Assembly: GCA_040954595.2 (NCBI GenBank)
Contig: CM082580.2
Span: forward strand, 8,968,390-9,032,389
From: Balanoglossus misakiensis
Taxonomy: Eukaryota > Animalia > Hemichordata
DNA length: 64,000 bases
Reading direction: 5' to 3'
The first letter of the stretch is position 1; every line of letters begins with the position of its first letter. A program made the translations under genes and the position numbers. The notes below the pieces were generated by a model, which did no database searches, had not been told where the DNA came from, and was given only the letters and a program-made list of their open reading frames with translations. Of this stretch, positions 58,105-64,000 are shown one piece after another.

Positions 58105-58855
58105 CTTTTTGTCCCTGGTATCCGTTCAGCAATATCAATGTTGAGGCAGGGTCATTCTCATCACTCAGATAAGCGGCGATCACGATGATATGATTTTTTT
58201 TATTATACGAAGCGCTTCTCCAGCAGAGTGGTTGGAGAGCGCCATATGTTCTCTTTTAAAAGGTTTCTGATTTGTTTTTGTTCGTTTGTAGATATCCCGC
58301 TTTGTCTGTCTTTTCACAAATAAAAACCAGCTCCTCAAATGTCATACTGTTTTCCTATTTCAATTACACTGCCTTCTTAGGGCTAAGCGTTTCGTCTCAT
58401 TGTACATGGCTTTGACAGACGTTCACCCAATTTTCTTGTGTGCATAGAGCTTCAACGCGGCAGAATGACTGACAATGGTGCAAATATGGTCCATCCTTTA
58501 TGCAATGTAGAAACGTGTTTTTTTCCCAAAATCCACCCCTTTGCATCGTTTCGCCCTTTCACTAAATGAGATCAATCGCCAATGAACAAAACTGCAATTG
58601 CAATTCATAGAAACGAATATTCAGCAAATCATGTTTCTACAAGGCCGTGCACCCGGGCTCTACAACTCGTTTTTAATTACTTGACTATTTTTCCCCTTCC
58701 ACGTCAGACTGACCTGGTATCTTGCCCGGCGACCGAACCGCTTCCGTGCGATGACTCCCCCTGTGGCGAAAATGGCGACTGTCAGCAGGACTGCAATTCC
58801 AGAGGTTATATATGCAACTGTAGTGACGACTGGAGTGGTGTGTCCTGTGACTACG
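55789..58855 (+). CDS. Secreted or membrane protein with PAN/Apple and EGF-like domains (5' part; remaining exons not located in the window)
   Basis: Exon 55789-56130: signal peptide, then SIQECRTKCLQDDNCLTIAYNRRQSFCQL (PAN/Apple pattern), donor AAG|GTAAAC. Exon 58708-58855: CDDSPCGENGDC...YICNCSDDWSGVSCD (EGF) with a phase-1 donor. Confidence 0.8.
58013..58104. repeat. (CAT)n microsatellite
   Basis: Direct reading; produces the spurious poly-Ser ORF. Confidence 0.95.
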
Positions 58856-61800
58856 GTATTGTAAACTTCCTAACAGCTTTTTTTTATCCCGCAGATAACC
58901 GGCGGCCGGTTTCTTTTGATATAGAGCGACCGTATAGTCGTAAAAGTGTGGGGGGGGGGGGAAACTTTCACCCTGCCGAGTTTAAGTTGTTCCTTTCAGT
59001 ATTTAACTTAGTTGGCAAACCGCACTGTTTTTGTCGGCTTTCCTGCCTTGTCAACTTTGCACACCTATTCTCCTCAGTGCTTGCAAGGAGGCGAGCGGTG
59101 GCGATGGTGGCGTCGTGTTTTGTTGGTCCGCTGTCGCTGTCTATAAAATTAACACGAATGGCAGAACGTAATATGTAATCTGTAAACGTACATCTCTCGA
59201 TCATTTCATATATTTCCAATTTATTTCTCCTATTCAGTAATGCGAAATTTGGAACTGTCTCCATCGCAAGCAAAACTAAATGGAATATTTACAACCAAGA
59301 TTAAATCGTGTGAAATAAAAAAATGAAAATGCATTTCTCTGAACACTGAAGTCCCATATGTTCCAATGTGTTCATGGTAACCCCAGAAAATTTTCGAATT
59401 AGGCCAAACTACTGATCTGTAGGAGGGGACAAACGAAAACCCATCCAACCAATCTTTATCTGATATTGCAGAAACGACGATTCGTTGAGTGTTGCACATC
59501 TTTTGTCGGCGTAGTTAAAATTCTACGCCGAAACCCCGGATGAACTCACAGTAATATCGAATTAAATTCACTCCAACTGAGTTTGCAAGTATGATGTAAA
59601 ATAACATATGGCGTTTGAGTTACAAATGCCACTTTACAAAATGCGGCGTAAGGGACAAATTGAATATTTTAGTTGCAGAAATGTAAAGCAATTTTTTAGT
59701 GCAAAGAGGAATAATTGAGTTGAAACTCTACGCCTCGCTGGGTAGAATGACACAAAATACTGAAAAACGTTTTCGTGTACATTGTCACATTTGATTAATT
59801 TCATTGTGAATGCAGAAATCGAGATAGTTTAACTCACGCTCTCTGAAAGGTAGGCTTTACGTTGTTCTTTGTTGAAATTGAGGATCGCTTCGTATATTTT
59901 CTCAAATATATCAAAATAGTAGCTCTGGTGTCTCTCTGAAAGGAACCGCCAAATCTGTGGGTTTATTAAGTATGGGTAAAATAGGGAGGTTTGTTTTTGT
60001 CTGAATATCTCTCCCTTAAAGCTTTCCACCTGAAACGCAAAAGACTAAAATCGATCAAACAATTATACTCTTTGCTATATATATTTATGATCTTCATTAA
60101 CCTAGTGCACCAAGTGCGTTAAACGATACCATGTCAAATCGGGTGAAAGTAGTGTACATGTATATGTTACATGCACGCAACCAGAACACGTTCAAAAGAG
60201 ATTCTGCTCATCTGCGAAAAATTCGCGATAAATGCGGGTGTTCCCTTCCATTTAACTCGGGGTATTCTGCGATGCAGCATATTTAGTATATGTATGCTTG
60301 ATTTGCTATCGATAACAAAAATCAATCTACGCATCACCGAACAAGTAGTGCGGTAAAACATTAAAAAACGGGTGACACAGAAAAAGTGCGATCCATCTTT
60401 TTTTTCTGGAAATTTCTGTCACTTTGCCGTTCACTGGAAACACATAACGAGAAATTTACGCGCCATTTATTGGTTGCTTGCTAACGCGTTATTGTCAGAC
60501 GATTCATCTTACACGAGAGTACATGCACTTAATCCTGCATCGCATTGGTGGCAATAATGAATGTTGATGCAAGGCCTATAACCATTAATTAATTCATAAA
60601 ATAAACAAAGAGAAATGTATTCTCAATAGAAGTTAAAGAGGGCAATCCGGCTTGCAGATAAGCAGATATGGGCACGATTAATAAATCAACACGTGGACAG
60701 GGAATACATCTCACTGGAGCCTTTGAAAGAGATCCGGTAATGTTAGATATTAGAGCAAACGCGATTAGAATTGTTTTAGGATTATTGCACGCGGATAAGT
60801 TGTGTAATAATCTCAGCATAGTACACGTACAACGCACCCGCTATATTTTGTCGTGTTTTTTGTTCAACTTTGAAAAAATGGCGACATTCTCCACAACGAA
60901 CACCATTCGTCTTGAACTCGTTCCATTCGTATTTACTTCTCCCAAGATAGTTCTGATCGCGTTAGGAACAATATGACCACAATCCTTAGAGAAGAATGCA
61001 TTATACATGTAGGTCGGGTAGTCGTTTTTTTATTGGTGTCCGTACCTCGAGGGAAGAGAACGATTTGGCAAAAATAAATCACGGAAGTATTTGGAAAGGC
61101 CAAATGCCAGAAGGCATTACGTGTTAGTTGTTTTAACAACGCCACCAGGCATTAGCTCCGAAACGGTCATGTCATAAACAAAAAGCCCACCTTTCAAGGC
61201 TCCCTGATTGCCAATATCGATATCTGTCGAGAGATAAAAAGGGCAATGCGTCTGCCTCATCGAACAGACGACTTTCCATTATGATAGGAGATAAAAGAAA
61301 AACACATTTTACATGCCACACTAACACAAACGCGTGTATTGTCAGTATGTCATCGATTCATTTCTCTATCTGCACTCGGGAATATCGTATTTTTATCTCC
61401 CCGTTTCGTGACTTGCAACGTTGAAGGATGCTACTGCAACAGAGGCCACGTTTGGCTCCAAAACAGAATCGAACGACTTCCTGTTATTCAAAGTTGACGC
61501 ATCATACCCAAATTATCTTGCTTGCTTTTGAAATCACGTCTGTCACGCATTAGAAATGTTTCATTATATAATCACTGTTGGGAATGCAAATATAGCGCGA
61601 AGCCAGAAGTATTTTGTGTCGCGTGCGTAGGAAATCGTCACATTTGCACTTCCTCGTGTCTTGTGTAACATCCTCTACTCGCCATCCTAGCCAGGGGGCC
61701 AGTCTGCGCGAACAAGCTCCTGATGAGGCTAAATTGAAGTCATTAAAAAATAAAATGTCTGTTTTTCTTTAAAGTTAAGTATCGACTGCCACTCACACAA

Positions 61801-62640
61801 AAATATCACAAATCCGGTATGTGTGGAAAAGAGAAATATCGAGGAAATGTTGCTGCTAATATCAGGAAGGAATCAGGAGCTAATACCCAGTTAAATACAG
61901 TGACCTTAATAGTCAAGAAAAATTGCTAATTATGAGAAGTCGGTTTCCTTTCTCACGAAAATCGTTTCCTGAAACCATTCCGCTTTAATTATTTCGCAAG
62001 ATTATTCTCCGGGCCAAATAAGTTCTATTTCTGGTCGAAGTTTTAGCTCTCGTTTTCACATAAATGCTTTTAACTAATCCGTCTCTTATTTGTATCAATT
62101 ACAAGTATTTCATCTTCGGCAAAACATTGAATGTTTGCCTCGGTTTGCCCACGGTAGCTGCCGCCTGTTGCCAAGCGACCATATGATATGACGCGGTTTA
62201 CATAATCACACCAATCTTAATGCGTTAACTCGCCTCGTGCTATATAAACTCGAGATGAATTTCGTCGAATTTATTATTTTATTATTGCATGATTATTAGA
62301 ATTGGGGCAAGTCTACCGAGAGGTCCAAAATGTCAACACAGTGTTTTGCACTTTGATATTCATTCACCAGTACCCCATTAAAGTTTATTTTTCAGTAAAC
62401 TATTTTGTAATAACAATAACAGCTTGCTGTTCTATCATGTTTTGATGGGGGCGCTGTTGAAATGGACTAGTACCTCAAATTTGAATTCGCGGTATTTTCT
62501 CCACATCGATGGGTCCAGTGCTCATATCATCACTGATGGCAAATTGAGATCTACCCAATCACAGATTTTCAGTTGGTGGCACACGCGAAAAAAGAGCGCC
62601 GCCATACGTCATTTAGAACACGCCATTTTAGGCATGTATA

Positions 62641-62842
62641 GGCCGAGTTACACGAGGCAACTCGGCAGGCAACTCGGTAGGCAACTCGACGCGCAACCCG
62701 AGTTGCCTACCGAGTTGCCTCGTGTGTATGATGTAGTCGCCTCAATGGAACGCGTCTGGCGACGTCGCCACAAAATCCGTCATGTCGGATTTTCGGGCGA
62801 CGAGTTGCCTGACGCGCAATCGGTTGCCCCGCGTTACCACTT
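62641..62842. mobile_element. Palindromic MITE-like relic with 12-bp AGGCAACTCGGY units
   Basis: ACACGAGGCAACTCGG... is mirrored by ...CCGAGTTGCCTCGTGT (62650-62725); a degenerate copy GTTGCCCCGCGTTACCAC occurs near 62823-62840. Superfamily not established. Confidence 0.5.
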
Positions 62843-64000
62843 TGTCTCGAATAAATTTCGACATCTGCACATGCGAAAATGATGTTTATTTGTTATTTTC
62901 CGAACCAGGAACTACAGACTGTAGACCTGTAGACTTCCGAAAATATTGGGGAATAAGTATTTGCTATGAAATCGGATATTTGTATGTGTTTATAGTTTAA
63001 TATTTCCATATAAACTCAAGTTTTGTTAAAGAAACTTTTAACTAATTATCTTGCCAGTGATGGTATAAAAAATAAACTACTATTCAGTTCCGCGAAAATG
63101 GTTATGATGATTGACTCGACATTGATTGCGTTTCCGATTTTGGGGGTACCGTAACCAAAAATCGTAACCGAATTTCAGAATAATAAAACGCCAGCTTATG
63201 ATTATCGCCCACAGTTCAAGAGTTCTTACACAACCAGTGTACATCATATATCTTTTGGGCAAAACACGTGTCTATTTCGCCCGGTCATATCAACTTATAA
63301 ATACAAATATAGTTCTATTTGTATAATTTTACATACAAACAAATCTTTCAATCAATATATTTCTTCTTAAAAATATACTTCGTTATTCTACAATGAAAAG
63401 TCTCACTTGCTTTGTTATTACTTTCACTGTATTTCGAAACACGAATTTTGTATATTATCTATAACGTTTTTACACATATTTTTCGCACATTTATATGATG
63501 TGCAGTTTGATAATTCAGTAATCTTAATGTTAAATTGCGCAACTTTCTTCAATTTCCCCATAATCTACTCCCCTGTCTTACAAGGATTTAAACTCGCCGG
63601 TTGATCTTTTATAAATAAAAAAATACTTGGTTTCAAGTACATTTTATATAAAATTTAATTAAACTTAAGTTACTCCTGTTCTATTAAAAAAAATTAAGTA
63701 ACGTTTAAATTTTGTCTAATTTGGTATCACGATTAAAAAATCCGTATTCATCAATTAAATTAAGCACCCAAGCTAGTTTTTCTTTCTTTTAATACTGATA
63801 TAGACTTGCATATCACCTGCTAACTGAGAACAAAAGATGTTTTTATTGATGAGGATACTGTTGAAGTGCGATACTAGTTAGTTTATTATGTCAATAGTAA
63901 TACATAGTGGAGAAAGTATACGTATTGTATGCAGTTGAAATTCGCAAACTTTTTTTTTTGTTTTTTCAAGAAAAAATACTCGGTCAGATGACCAGGTTGA

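Noticed and set aside
57922-58188. Poly-Ser ORF
   Set aside because: Pure (CAT)n microsatellite in an intron, with no codon variation or flanking splice sites.

Overview
This is AT-rich, intron-containing animal DNA, not prokaryotic. Gene content and repeat style suggest an invertebrate deuterostome such as a hemichordate (inference only). The left half is a compact cluster whose exons I rebuilt by hand from GT-AG sites and frame continuity. It holds the start of an unknown minus-strand gene at the window edge, calaxin/EFCAB1 (+), C2orf76/UPF0538 (-), SMARCD/BAF60 (+, 11 exons) and a VOPP1/WBP1-like PPxY membrane protein (-). The 11.6 kb first intron of SMARCD hosts a complete antisense clan-2 cytochrome P450 gene and a candidate in-frame Ser/Thr cassette exon. 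A 121-bp tandem repeat carrying CRE, GC-box and octamer motifs lies upstream of the VOPP1-like gene. The right half holds a 3.8 kb Foldback-type transposon with a 9-bp TSD and inverted arms built from 10- and 31-bp units. It carries a Penelope-like RT fragment and has a Harbinger-type MITE nested inside. Further right are an intronless atypical rhodopsin-class GPCR flanked by RFX X-box motifs, a Gypsy relic, the first exons of a secreted PAN/Apple+EGF protein, small MITEs and microsatellites. No rRNA, tRNA, snRNA or CRISPR array was recognised.
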